From contig JBHLSH010000009.1 in NCBI GenBank assembly GCA_048881705.1, forward strand, positions 1 to 64,000: a DNA stretch of 64,000 bases. The letters run 5' to 3'. The notes beneath the pieces were generated by a model. It had not been told where the DNA came from, did not search any database, and was given only the letters and a program-made list of their open reading frames with translations. The translations under genes were made by a program, and so were the position numbers. This DNA is from Candidatus Heimdallarchaeota archaeon (GTDB lineage: Archaea > Asgardarchaeota > Heimdallarchaeia > Hodarchaeales > Hodarchaeaceae). Shown here in pieces: positions 28,101-38,924 of the stretch. How positions within the stretch are numbered: the first letter of the stretch is position 1; every line of letters starts with the position of its first letter.

Positions 28101-28865
28101 CTAGCGAAAAACATCGGTTGCGGGATCTCGCATTAGTTCTAGTGCTGAGGCCTCAGCCTCATTGTATTCTACTCCCCGTACGATTATTACTGGAGTTCCT
28201 TCATCAGCCTGCCCCATTACGAGTCCTGCTGCAGCCGCGACCTCATCAGCGCGGGCAACGATTGTAGATACCATTTCATATCCATACAGATCTTTTCGCC
28301 CCCGGTAATCTTCGAGAGGATGAATCCCAGCAATCCCAATTGCAACATTCGTCGTTCCAATACGTAATGGACGCCCAAATGTGTCAGAAATGATGACAGC
28401 GACCCTTTTTCCCAACTGTTTATTTATATAATCACGGATCTTACGAGCAGAATGATCTGGATCATCTGGAAGTGATATCACGGCGTCACCTGGCGCGTTC
28501 GATTTATCTACCCCACTATTGGCGCAAACAAACCCATGTGAGCCATGTTTGGTAGCTGTAATTAACACTCGATCATTCATCCGGACGATCTCATTCGTTT
28601 CTCGTAGGATCACTTCAATTTTGCGGGGGTCTTTATCTTGTAATTCACCAATATGCCTAGCCAAGGGACTTGGTTCAATTTGATCAAGATCAAAGATCTT
28701 TCCTTCGGCAATTGATACTATTGTATGAGCTATGACGATAATATCATCATCTCGAAGATTGACATCCCGTAAATTGGAAACAAGAATTTTTTCTAAATTG
28801 TCCCCTGGCCTAATGAGAGGAAAATCATGAAGTGGAAATATTGTGACTGTTCCACGCTCTGGCAA
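28101..28865 (-). CDS. cofE: coenzyme F420-0:L-glutamate ligase
   Basis: VCANSGVDKSN, LPDDPDHSA, SDTFGRPLRIG, ADEVAAAAGLVMGQADEGTPV. Confidence 0.94.
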   Translation of the reverse strand: MPERGTVTIFPLHDFPLIRPGDNLEKILVSNLRDVNLRDDDIIVIAHTIVSIAEGKIFDLDQIEPSPLARHIGELQDKDPRKIEVILRETNEIVRMNDRVLITATKHGSHGFVCANSGVDKSNAPGDAVISLPDDPDHSARKIRDYINKQLGKRVAVIISDTFGRPLRIGTTNVAIGIAGIHPLEDYRGRKDLYGYEMVSTIVARADEVAAAAGLVMGQADEGTPVIIVRGVEYNEAEASALELMRDPATDVFR

Positions 28866-29005
28866 TTGATATATCCCTCAAGTTAAGAACAGGTCGGGTA
28901 CCTCTTAGACAACCTCAGACCGCTCATCGTAAATCATTACAAGCTTTCTGTTCTTTCATTTAAGTGTCATCATAGGCTGACCGAAAATCACCATTTCAAC
29001 TGCGA

Positions 29006-29758
29006 TTATATTCCAAATTCTGCAGGTCGGGCCTTGACTTGTTCGGTGAGGTCTTTTAACAACTGTTTGACCTTTTCGGTTTGAGTAGTGTTTCCAACTG
29101 CGTGATACTTCTCATGAGCTTTGGCTAGAAGATCAATGACTTCCTTTACGTTTTCGCGGGCGCTGATCAACGCTTTGGCCCGACGATATAATGCATGTGC
29201 TTCATATCGAGTTGGGTCTTCTCGCCCTTTCTTAAATTCCTCCACAGCTTTTTCTAAAAAGAAGGCTTTATCAAAGTCGGATTCCATAGCTGCGCCCCTT
29301 TGAACAAATGATCGCGCTCGAGCTCGCGCTGCCTCCATTTCCATTCCTACAGTCTGATATAATGCCCCTGCAGACTCAAAAAGACGGGCGGATTCGATAA
29401 ATTCTCCATTTTGTGCCTTAACCTTTGCGAGTTCACCTTGAGTTTGAGCCTGTACGGTTCGGGCATGCTTAGCTTCATCACTAAATCCCTCGGTTGAGAA
29501 AGTTACGTTTGCTTTTCCGAAGAACCTGATAGCGTCGAGAAATTCTCCAGCCAACATATGAATGTAACCTTGGGCGCAGAATTCATAGGCCGTTGCACGT
29601 CGACTTAATTTCTTTTGATCACCATCCAAAAGGTACTTAGCTGCCCGTTCGAAACTTGACTTGGCCTCCTCATATCGTTGGGCCTCGTAGAAGGTCATAC
29701 CTTGGTCGAATTCTTCTTGGCCTTTCTTTTGTTTTCCGCTCTTTCTAAAGGAAAGCAT
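29006..29758 (-). CDS. TPR/SNAP-like all-helical repeat protein
   Basis: repeated A..F..A...(Y/F) helical pairs; ATG at 29758 preferred. Confidence 0.75.
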   Translation of the reverse strand: MLSFRKSGKQKKGQEEFDQGMTFYEAQRYEEAKSSFERAAKYLLDGDQKKLSRRATAYEFCAQGYIHMLAGEFLDAIRFFGKANVTFSTEGFSDEAKHARTVQAQTQGELAKVKAQNGEFIESARLFESAGALYQTVGMEMEAARARARSFVQRGAAMESDFDKAFFLEKAVEEFKKGREDPTRYEAHALYRRAKALISARENVKEVIDLLAKAHEKYHAVGNTTQTEKVKQLLKDLTEQVKARPAEFGI

Positions 29759-30016
29759 TCTAAGGGAACTCCACAGGTAATTTTTGAGAAAATGAGTATG
29801 GGAACAATATACTTGAATTTTCCTCCAAATTAAGGATGAAAACGCAGAGCATAAGAAGATTATCAATCAATTAAGAAGTAAAGAAAGCCTAATAAGGAAA
29901 GCCTTGTATGGATACCCATCTTAGACTTATTCCCCCTGCATTCTTGAGAATCCCAAATTCACAAGGTTCCTGGTGTCAACATCGCGACAGGGGTTGTTCT
30001 CTTTGGTGGATCTTGA

Positions 30017-33000
30017 ATGAAGAAAAATCAATGTGTTTCATTGTTCGTTCTTATGATTGTAGTGGTTTTTGCAACTTCTACCCCGATTTTTCTCAATATG
30101 TATTCTACGGATAGCATAGATCCCATTATCCCGTTTTTCCTTAGAAGATATGTCACACCGTTACGAAAAGACCCTCCTCAAATACGCACCCCTGATGTCC
30201 AAACAGGAATAATCAGTTCCGGATCTACCCCTTACCCAAATGCTCCTCGTCAACCTCGTTTTGAGATCGTGAATCAAAAACCAGTCTATTTTCCAGGTGA
30301 CAGCATTCGCGTCAGGAATCGCTTTAGTACAATTGAGGATCCCCAATATGCTGTTCTCAACTTGAATGTCTCTATTTATCTTCATAAGGAGGGGTATTCC
30401 AGCCTAACAGATCCCAGCCATTGGTTCAGGAATGAAACCACTAATTTTACGGCGCCCTTACCAATGGTCCCTATTTCTGACCAGGCTTCGGAGGGGTGGA
30501 TAGATTTTACATTTCTGATTCCTAGTATTTCAGAACTCACGAGCTACGGTATCGCATCAGGGGACAATGTAACGATTTACCAGTACTGTCAACCCAATAA
30601 GACTAAATTTTTGGAGGGTCTTGACCCCATCGCGTTTGCAGACAACTTTACATTAAGTGCGTTCACTTTGGTAGGGGCTAAGGGTACAGGTTTTGTGAAT
30701 AATTTTACCGGCGATAATACCTTTCGTCAAGGGGAAAATGCCACAGCTATTATTCGAGTTTTTTCAGGATCCGACAATCTCTCCAATGTACCTATCACAG
30801 CAACTCTTTATGATTCTTCTAATACACCTATCGCCAACAACACGAGTGGGATCAGTTATTATCTCACTAATTCTTCGGGAACTACGCAAACATATACCGA
30901 CGGGAACGGAGAACTGAGACTTGTTGTAAATACGTCCTACCCAACCGTACCTCAAGATACCTATTATTTCAATGTAACGGCCGATCTCTTCGGAACGGGG
31001 TATTTTTCACGATTTTATGATCCTGGTACTCCCAGTGTTAATATTGCATTTAATACCACCGATTTTAACTTCACGGTACAGAACGAAATGGACACTATAG
31101 ACCTCCAGTTGATAAGCGCAGTGCCTCAACCCCTCGATCCCCCTAACCAAAACATTACAATTGTAACGTTCCGAGTTCGGGCCCTATATGTTTATGGCAT
31201 TCCAGGTACCTATTATTATCCCCAAAACATGCCTGTTAATGCGATATTAAATTCCAACCCTGCCGGGGTGACCCTATCGATTGCAAAGGGTTTTACAAGT
31301 AATGGATCGACTGATTGGGCGCTTACCAATAGTTCAGGGTATGTGGCGTTCAATATTACAGCTTCTTTTCCAACTCTATATTTGGATGATATAATAAAGA
31401 ATATTACGGGGAGAGTTAATTTACAGAACGATATAACTCCTCAATATCCCTATCACACCGCGCCGTCCCCACAGCCGCATCGATTTATGAGAAACGCCAC
31501 CAATGGAGTAAATGCCTCTTGGACGGAAACCATTTCAATTATCCCTGATTTTTGGGTCGGTAATATATACCTAGCATCAATCGATACTACAACCATCCGC
31601 CCTGGGGACTCTGTAAAACTGGCGTTTGAAGTCAACTCGACCCAAGCACCAGGTGTTGATTTTGCAGGAGTTCCAGTTAATGTTTCACTTAATCAACCCA
31701 TTCCAGGGGTTTCATTAAGCTCTCCGAATCTTGAAGCATACCCAAATTATCACGAAACAAATGGAACTGGCCACTATGAATTACTGATCAGTACGATCTA
31801 TCTGCTTACGCCAGAAGTGGTCCAAAGTATTATCCTTGACCTCATCGTGGATTTTGAAAACGATTCTGAAGTAAGGTGGATTGGAACTCAAAATGCTGGA
31901 ACGGCAAGTTTAGTGGAGTTTAATACAACCTGGCGTACAGCCCAATCTTCAGTTGTGACCATTCATCCGCAGTTCACTAATTTTTCAGTTAGTTTGGACA
32001 CGACCAATGAAACAGGTGACACGACCATCCGTTCCGGTGATGGACTGACCTTAACATTTAAAGTTCAAGAAGAAGGCGGGGGTCCCATCTTGGCTGACGT
32101 TCCCGTTAACGTTTCTCTAGCTAGCGCGTACGCGGGCGTCTCTCTAAATACCATCATATCTGGAGGACCTCATCCTAATCCCGGATATTTTAATACTACT
32201 GGCGCTGGAATAATTACGGTAGAGTTATCTACTACTTATGGGACAACTCCAAAAAACCTTGATATCTTTCTTCAAGTCACTGCCGATTTTGAGAATGATT
32301 CTAGCTTGAATTCAGTTTGGTACATAGGTCAAAAACCTATTGGCGTGAATTTTAAGTCAAATAGCTCGTTTTCGGATCTGACTACTCCAGTTAGGGTAAG
32401 ACCACAATATTTCACTGGAGAAATCTATGTTGCAGGGGGCCCAAATCCCAATGCCACTCTGATCCAACAGAAGGAAACGATTAGAATTGAATTCCGACTC
32501 CGACTCGATTATGCTGGTATAAACTATGCCTCCAGTATCACTGGCGTGAATATCTCGATTCAGATCAATAACTCTGATCCCGTAGCTTGGGCTATGCGCG
32601 TGTTAAATGTCACACTACTACCTGCCCTCAGCCAGGATTCCGTTGCGAGCTTGGTTGTTTTTTATATTCAAACCAATGTTACGGGAACTACACCTGAAGC
32701 GGACTATAATATTACGGCTACAGCGGATTTCCTGGCTGCAAAAGGGCTGACCTATAACGTCACCCATGCGACTGTACCCACAGGAAAACTTCTTGGAACG
32801 TGGGTGAATGGTTCCACGACTGAAGACAATTCTTCAGTCACCCAAATGTTTAGGGTCGAAAATATCGATCGAATTAACATTCAAGTTGAAAGTCTTTCCG
32901 ACCTTTCGCATACAGACGAAGGCTTTAATGCTAGCTCTGGTTTCTATGAAGTATATCGAGACACCACCTCCATTACGCTGAATGGAACCTATGAAGACGC

Positions 33001-35146
33001 AACTGGCCAAGGACGCTCTTCCACTCTCATTCTTGCCTATAATTATACAGGGGGATCTAATCCGTACGATCTCACCTCGGTGACCTCAAATGCCCAGGGA
33101 TTCTTCTCCACCACAATTATCCTCAATAGTACAGTTCCATTAGCGGATCTTACTATCTACGGACGTGACACTGTAACGCGTACACCCCAAGAAATTCGAA
33201 TCGGATTGAGCTCCATTCGAGTAATGACCACCGTTGTATTTAGCGGCCATTCCAGGAGCGGCACATATAACGGGACTGCGGTTTATGTCGGAGAAACCGT
33301 TAGTGTCTCTGGTACTCTTCTTGATGAACAAGGTGTAACCATCAACTCGGGAGAGCTTGTGAATCGTTTACGGCTCATCGGTTGGAACGCCACCAATAAG
33401 GTCGAAATAGGGACCCCTGTGACTGGAAGCCCTATTGCAGGGATTTATGGTTTGACTTATCAGATTCCATCTAACTTCCTAGGAGATATCCTGTTTATCC
33501 GTTTAAACCTGACAATGAGCGCGGCCCTTCTTCACTATAGAGTCAATTATGTTGAGTTTTCCGTTCCCATCTATCGCGATTTCCAAGTTTCTAACTTGGA
33601 GATGTTCTTTCCATCAACAGGCGGCACCCTGTCCGTAACAAACGGCAGCGTGTATCTCATTACAGGGATTCAGAACCGTACTTTCCTCATTTCAGGAACC
33701 TTGCAAGATTCTATTAGTCGGAGCCTTGTTGATAAGGAGATTAACGACAGATTGGGAGCAGTAGGTCGGAGGCGCGCCGTAACTTCCATTGGGTTCTTTA
33801 ACCTTCAATATAACTTTACAGGCTGGAACAACGCCACATTTGTTTGGACGCTTCATCATTTAACAGATGCCGGTACAAATCTTACCACTCATTACAATCT
33901 TACTCTTCAATGGGAAATTTATGATACTACGAGTCCCTCCATTACGGTGACGAGTCCGACAGGGTTCGATAATGTATCGACACTCGCGAATACTGCTAGT
34001 ACCCGAATCAATGCTACAATCTTTGATCCTGATTTCACGACGAGTCCTGGATATGTATCTCTTGGTTTAGATGCTGCTAGTATCACTATCATGATCAATA
34101 GTAGTGTTCCAGTATCGGCACCCATGGTTTCGGTAGGAGGCAATGACTATTCATACGTTTGGGATACTTCATCATCAGCGGATGAGATTTACAACATTAC
34201 CATCATAGCCCTTGATAACGCGGGGAATGAACGACGACTTGTCACCTTTGTTGTGGTAGATCTGATCCAACCAACCGCAACACTCAATATTCCCGTTAGT
34301 GGAAGTCCTCCCTATGTAACCGTAGATTTGGAAGGGAATGCGGTTATTACTGGAACAATCACGGATAATCCATCTGTGGGTGGCCGTCAAAGTGGTATTA
34401 ATGAGACGTCCATTGCTTTTCGTATTCAGGATATCAATAGTGGAACCACCATCCTAACAAAGGATAGCGTTAGTATTGGATTTATTTCCGCTTCAGGCGA
34501 TTATTCGTACAATTGGACGATTATTTTCACTTCTAATCAAACACGGAACTCTCAATTCACAGTATCTGAGGACTGGAATATCATTCTTGACTACGAAGAT
34601 CTTGCAGGAAACGCTCAGACAACCCAACAATCCATAAAACTAGATAATACACCCCCAAGTCTTGGAATAGTGGAAGCCCCTCCTACAGTTATCATTAATG
34701 ATACAGTGGAATTTACTATATCATTCGCAGATCCTGGCGGGAGTGGTATTGATGCTAACTCCCTGCGAGTTTATCTCATTAGCGCTGCAACTTCACAAAC
34801 TTTTCAAGTTATACCACCCTCTTTAACTACCACTCCTCTCACTAACGATCAATATGGAATCTCACTCGTGATCTCCTCTCTGCCGAATGGAGTGTATGCA
34901 TGGAACGTCACTGGAGTCGATAGGACAGGAAATCTTGGCATGCTTTCTGGCCAATTTTTAATTAATCGTCCTATAACTACGACTCCCACTAATACCACCA
35001 CCACTGGCCCACCAGCTGGCCCCCTTCTGGGTCCATTAGATATTATCCAGTTCATCCTTTTCGATCTGGTTGCATTAGGGGTCGGCGTGGGCCTGGCGGT
35101 AGTTTATGAACGGTTAAAGGTTGTGAGACGGAGAGAGCAAAGTTAA
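30017..35146 (+). CDS. giant cell-surface glycoprotein with tandem Ig-like beta-sandwich domains
   Basis: signal peptide, many N-x-S/T sequons, DTTSPSI/DNTPPSL Ig-like linkers, Thr-rich linker, C-terminal TM and basic tail. Confidence 0.85.
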   Translation: MKKNQCVSLFVLMIVVVFATSTPIFLNMYSTDSIDPIIPFFLRRYVTPLRKDPPQIRTPDVQTGIISSGSTPYPNAPRQPRFEIVNQKPVYFPGDSIRVRNRFSTIEDPQYAVLNLNVSIYLHKEGYSSLTDPSHWFRNETTNFTAPLPMVPISDQASEGWIDFTFLIPSISELTSYGIASGDNVTIYQYCQPNKTKFLEGLDPIAFADNFTLSAFTLVGAKGTGFVNNFTGDNTFRQGENATAIIRVFSGSDNLSNVPITATLYDSSNTPIANNTSGISYYLTNSSGTTQTYTDGNGELRLVVNTSYPTVPQDTYYFNVTADLFGTGYFSRFYDPGTPSVNIAFNTTDFNFTVQNEMDTIDLQLISAVPQPLDPPNQNITIVTFRVRALYVYGIPGTYYYPQNMPVNAILNSNPAGVTLSIAKGFTSNGSTDWALTNSSGYVAFNITASFPTLYLDDIIKNITGRVNLQNDITPQYPYHTAPSPQPHRFMRNATNGVNASWTETISIIPDFWVGNIYLASIDTTTIRPGDSVKLAFEVNSTQAPGVDFAGVPVNVSLNQPIPGVSLSSPNLEAYPNYHETNGTGHYELLISTIYLLTPEVVQSIILDLIVDFENDSEVRWIGTQNAGTASLVEFNTTWRTAQSSVVTIHPQFTNFSVSLDTTNETGDTTIRSGDGLTLTFKVQEEGGGPILADVPVNVSLASAYAGVSLNTIISGGPHPNPGYFNTTGAGIITVELSTTYGTTPKNLDIFLQVTADFENDSSLNSVWYIGQKPIGVNFKSNSSFSDLTTPVRVRPQYFTGEIYVAGGPNPNATLIQQKETIRIEFRLRLDYAGINYASSITGVNISIQINNSDPVAWAMRVLNVTLLPALSQDSVASLVVFYIQTNVTGTTPEADYNITATADFLAAKGLTYNVTHATVPTGKLLGTWVNGSTTEDNSSVTQMFRVENIDRINIQVESLSDLSHTDEGFNASSGFYEVYRDTTSITLNGTYEDATGQGRSSTLILAYNYTGGSNPYDLTSVTSNAQGFFSTTIILNSTVPLADLTIYGRDTVTRTPQEIRIGLSSIRVMTTVVFSGHSRSGTYNGTAVYVGETVSVSGTLLDEQGVTINSGELVNRLRLIGWNATNKVEIGTPVTGSPIAGIYGLTYQIPSNFLGDILFIRLNLTMSAALLHYRVNYVEFSVPIYRDFQVSNLEMFFPSTGGTLSVTNGSVYLITGIQNRTFLISGTLQDSISRSLVDKEINDRLGAVGRRRAVTSIGFFNLQYNFTGWNNATFVWTLHHLTDAGTNLTTHYNLTLQWEIYDTTSPSITVTSPTGFDNVSTLANTASTRINATIFDPDFTTSPGYVSLGLDAASITIMINSSVPVSAPMVSVGGNDYSYVWDTSSSADEIYNITIIALDNAGNERRLVTFVVVDLIQPTATLNIPVSGSPPYVTVDLEGNAVITGTITDNPSVGGRQSGINETSIAFRIQDINSGTTILTKDSVSIGFISASGDYSYNWTIIFTSNQTRNSQFTVSEDWNIILDYEDLAGNAQTTQQSIKLDNTPPSLGIVEAPPTVIINDTVEFTISFADPGGSGIDANSLRVYLISAATSQTFQVIPPSLTTTPLTNDQYGISLVISSLPNGVYAWNVTGVDRTGNLGMLSGQFLINRPITTTPTNTTTTGPPAGPLLGPLDIIQFILFDLVALGVGVGLAVVYERLKVVRRREQS

Positions 35147-35273
35147 CGAAAGCGATTCTCATGTTGGAATAGAATGGAAAGAAAGATAAAAGAACAGAAA
35201 TTTGGTAAAGGTATTAAGATAAAAATCCACAAGATTTGACTGATAGATCGAAATTAAGGACCCGTGACAAACT

Positions 35274-35789
35274 ATGAATGGAAGCAATTTCTTTGGTCAA
35301 TTTATCACCCCTGGACAAGATTTGATCCTTGCTATTGCGATTATTGTTGCACTCGTGATCGGATTCTTGGTATATACTTTTAGATCCCAGATTATTGATC
35401 GACTTGGAGTTGGGGCGGCCAAGAAAACTGTTATCGAACAGGATATTGAACAACAGCTTGTACAGATTCGGCAGCTGGCCAGACAGCAAATGTTTCGTGA
35501 GGCTTCTGTTCTCATGTGGCAGACGATGACCACCGCTGCGGAAGGTTTTCTCGGAGTATATAGGAGTCCCAACGAGACGGCTCGCCAACTTGGGGTCAAG
35601 CTCATGAATCGAGGTGATGTGGATCCAGGCGCCATTAACGCCATTGTTATTGCATTTGAAAAAGCTCGATATGGACAAACCCCACTCACCAACCAAGAAT
35701 TCAAAGATGGGCTTTCTGGACTTCACCAATTCCTTCAAATGGCAACTTCAGTCGCGGAAATCGTAGAAGGCGCAGAAGAAGTTGCATAA
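35274..35789 (+). CDS. DUF4129-domain membrane protein
   Basis: N-terminal TM; NETARQLG...AFEKARYGQ motif. Confidence 0.8.
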   Translation: MNGSNFFGQFITPGQDLILAIAIIVALVIGFLVYTFRSQIIDRLGVGAAKKTVIEQDIEQQLVQIRQLARQQMFREASVLMWQTMTTAAEGFLGVYRSPNETARQLGVKLMNRGDVDPGAINAIVIAFEKARYGQTPLTNQEFKDGLSGLHQFLQMATSVAEIVEGAEEVA

Positions 35790-35890
35790 AGAAGGAAAAA
35801 AACCGATTGATTATCAATACCACGAAAATAAATTACATGAAATCTTCAACAAAGAACAGATATCTCAAATTTTGCTGAACGGGCTTAAAT

Positions 35891-37654
35891 ATGGTAGAAA
35901 TCAACCGTAGTACGAGCGCCTTGATCGTTTTGGCCATTTTTATCAGCTATCCCTTTCTTGCAGCCGTTTTCTTGGGATTCTTTTTCGCTGGGAACACTAC
36001 GAACTTTAGTATATACAATACGGGTGCATTTGGTGCTAGTGAATTTATGCAACGATTTGAGGACCATCCCAATGAGGGTCAAATTTCTACAATAGTAGGG
36101 AGTTCAAATGTTCTGAATAGATTAAATTCTTCCGAGATGAACGACAGCCAAGGCAGCCTTATCATTCTTGGTCCCGCTATTCATTATGATTTTTCAGAAG
36201 CACTTGCTATTCTCATGTACGCTATTAATGGGGGCAGAGTGTTGATTGCCGATGATTTTGGAACAGCGAATGACATTCTAGGTGTCCTTTCTATATTCCT
36301 TGGATTTATGTCAGAAATCGATCTGGGTTCATCCCTGGGATTTGGCGGATCTGAGGGTCTCAACTTATTAGGTATGAATTCCTCCACTGGCGGAGGGGGA
36401 TTAAGCGGCAGTGGAACGAACACCACAACGGGGGAAACTGTCAATGCAAGTTTCAATTTTCCCATTGCAGGGGTTGCGATCAATGGAAGCCTACTGGCCG
36501 ATCAAGGTAGTTATAACGATACACCACTTACCCCCGTTTTTAGTTTCCCCTCTTCTACTACCCAAACCGCTACTCAATACTTACTTCCTGCCCCTTGGGT
36601 AACTAGTTTTACCAACGGCCTTAGTGGAAATGGCATTATCGGGAATTTTGCTAGTATTATCACCATGAAAGTTCGTTATCCAGATATTAATTCCTCCGGT
36701 TATCCATCGAATCCAGATTATCTAACCAGATGGGTACCCATGGGCGAATTCCCTGCTTCAGTCCAGCAGGCGTTTGATAATGCGGAATTAAACAACCTAG
36801 GTATCGAACTACCTGATATTTCATTTAGCCTGCAAATCGCGGTTTTATATAGCAGTTCTGAGGCCTGGTTAGAATCTGATCTTGCTGCAGCAAGACAAAA
36901 TGTTAATAATATCAATCCAAATCTGAACGAATGGGGTAATCCCAACATAGGTTTTCCTGTTTTTGTCTATTTTCCTTTTCCACTAGGTGGACAAATTATA
37001 TTATGTTCAGATCCTTCTATTTTTATCAATCAATATATTGATACAACAAATTATCCTGGAGCAGGCCTTTACGACAATAGTGACTTCACAGACAATGTAG
37101 TCGACTTGATAATGCAAGACAGGCAGGGTCAAACCATCATTTTCGATGAGGGCCACCTAGCTAACGCACCTTTTGCTCCTATTCTCCCCCTCAGCCTTTA
37201 CCTGAAGTTCTTGGATATGATTACCATGTTTCCTCTGTTCGCCTGGGCTTTACCCTTTGTCGCGATATTTCTGTCACGACGTTTCATGCCCAAACGCGAG
37301 CAAGCCAAACCTCTGCTCCTAACACGAGTCGAACGGTACTATGGGCGTAGTTTCTTTGCGGTCAAAATGCGCTGGTTCCTCGAGTACCGTCAATTTTCCA
37401 GAGGTCTGGAACTCATATTCCGACGTTTAAAACGGAACCTAATCCGTCGATATAATCCCGAAGAGGAACTCACTCCAGATGTCATAGCGATTTATTTGGA
37501 AAATGAATTTGGCCCCGAGCGCTTTGACTATAAATCTACCCGGCAAACTCTGATTGCTATCGAAGATGTGATTACTAATCGGGCTCCCATTACCGAAGAG
37601 GAATTTCTGAGTCATTATCTTTTTCTGAAAGGAATTGGCGCAGAAATAAGCTAA
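35891..37654 (+). CDS. DUF4350-like (GATase-fold) membrane protein
   Basis: FSIYNTGAFGASEF, GGRVLIADDFGTANDIL, SDPSIFINQ, IIFDEGH. Confidence 0.8.
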   Translation: MVEINRSTSALIVLAIFISYPFLAAVFLGFFFAGNTTNFSIYNTGAFGASEFMQRFEDHPNEGQISTIVGSSNVLNRLNSSEMNDSQGSLIILGPAIHYDFSEALAILMYAINGGRVLIADDFGTANDILGVLSIFLGFMSEIDLGSSLGFGGSEGLNLLGMNSSTGGGGLSGSGTNTTTGETVNASFNFPIAGVAINGSLLADQGSYNDTPLTPVFSFPSSTTQTATQYLLPAPWVTSFTNGLSGNGIIGNFASIITMKVRYPDINSSGYPSNPDYLTRWVPMGEFPASVQQAFDNAELNNLGIELPDISFSLQIAVLYSSSEAWLESDLAAARQNVNNINPNLNEWGNPNIGFPVFVYFPFPLGGQIILCSDPSIFINQYIDTTNYPGAGLYDNSDFTDNVVDLIMQDRQGQTIIFDEGHLANAPFAPILPLSLYLKFLDMITMFPLFAWALPFVAIFLSRRFMPKREQAKPLLLTRVERYYGRSFFAVKMRWFLEYRQFSRGLELIFRRLKRNLIRRYNPEEELTPDVIAIYLENEFGPERFDYKSTRQTLIAIEDVITNRAPITEEEFLSHYLFLKGIGAEIS

Positions 37655-37734
37655 GAAAACCAATCTCAACGAAAGAGGATTTAATCTCAAGCACATTAAT
37701 AAATCTCCTTAATACATCAATCTAAGATCTAGAA

Positions 37735-38796
37735 GTGGAAGAAATGAGTAAAACGAATACGCAAGGTAAAGATTTCACAGCAGATGACATTTCATTCGAT
37801 ATGTTGACCGAGGCCGACATTGCAAGAGCCTATCAGCAAATCATGGCTGAAATTCGGAAAGGGTATATTGGAAGAACAGAAATTTTTGAAATGCTGTGGA
37901 TCGCCATGTTGACAGGTAAACACGTTTACCTCGAAGGCGTACCTGGAATCGGCAAAACATATATGGCGAAAATTTTCTCGGAATGTTTGGGAACACAGTT
38001 TCAACGAATTCAATTCACCCCCGACATGCTCCCCTCCGATATTGTTGGAACGAATATATTTAATCCCAAAACAGGAACATTTAGGCTTAAAAAGGGTCCA
38101 ATCTTTGCCAATGTCATATTAGCGGACGAAATCAATAGAGCTCCCCCTAAAACTCAATCTGCAATGTTAGAAGCGATGGCTGAAAGTCAGGTCTCAATAG
38201 AAGGTGAAACACACAAACTGGAGCAACCTTTTGTCGTCATGGCAACCGCCAATCCCGTGGAGCAAGAAGGAACCTATCCCCTGCCGGAAGCTCAATTGGA
38301 TAGGTTCATGATCAAGGTGATTATCCATCATTCATCTCCAGAAGATGAACTTAGAATTATCAATTTCAAGAATGAGCCCATCCCAGCCAAGATCAACCAA
38401 GTAGTCTCTCCTCAGACCATAGTTGCTATGATGGATGTTGTTAAACGTATTTATGTCTGTCCTGAAATTCTCGAGATGATTAGGGACATTACAGTGGCTA
38501 CACGTACAGATCCGAGACTGATACTCGGTTGTTCCCCCCGTGGAAGCGAAAGTCTATTACTAGCTGGCAAAGCAAGGGCAGCCATACATGGTCGGGATTA
38601 TGTGATACCTGATGATATCCTTCTAATGATACCTCATATCGTGCATCATAGATTAATCATGAAGCCAGAAGCAGAACTCGAAGGTATCTCTCAGATAAGG
38701 GTATCCGAAGATATACGCGATAGTCTCACTGTGCCTGTGGCGCCCGTAACAGAAGAAATGATCGTAGAAGAGTACATTGAGGAATATATGGAATAG
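37735..38796 (+). CDS. moxR: MoxR-family AAA+ ATPase
   Basis: LEGVPGIGKT, RIQFTPDMLPSD, LADEINRAPPKTQSAMLEAM, TANPVEQEGTYPLPEAQLDRF. Confidence 0.95.
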   Translation: MEEMSKTNTQGKDFTADDISFDMLTEADIARAYQQIMAEIRKGYIGRTEIFEMLWIAMLTGKHVYLEGVPGIGKTYMAKIFSECLGTQFQRIQFTPDMLPSDIVGTNIFNPKTGTFRLKKGPIFANVILADEINRAPPKTQSAMLEAMAESQVSIEGETHKLEQPFVVMATANPVEQEGTYPLPEAQLDRFMIKVIIHHSSPEDELRIINFKNEPIPAKINQVVSPQTIVAMMDVVKRIYVCPEILEMIRDITVATRTDPRLILGCSPRGSESLLLAGKARAAIHGRDYVIPDDILLMIPHIVHHRLIMKPEAELEGISQIRVSEDIRDSLTVPVAPVTEEMIVEEYIEEYME

Positions 38797-38924
38797 AATA
38801 TGATTAATTTCAGTTGACATCAATCAATTTCAATCATTCTTCCACCTGTGTACTTACTAACATAAAACAATTCGTAATGAGAAACTACCTAGAAGATCGA
38901 AGAACTTACAAGACGTGGTTTTGA

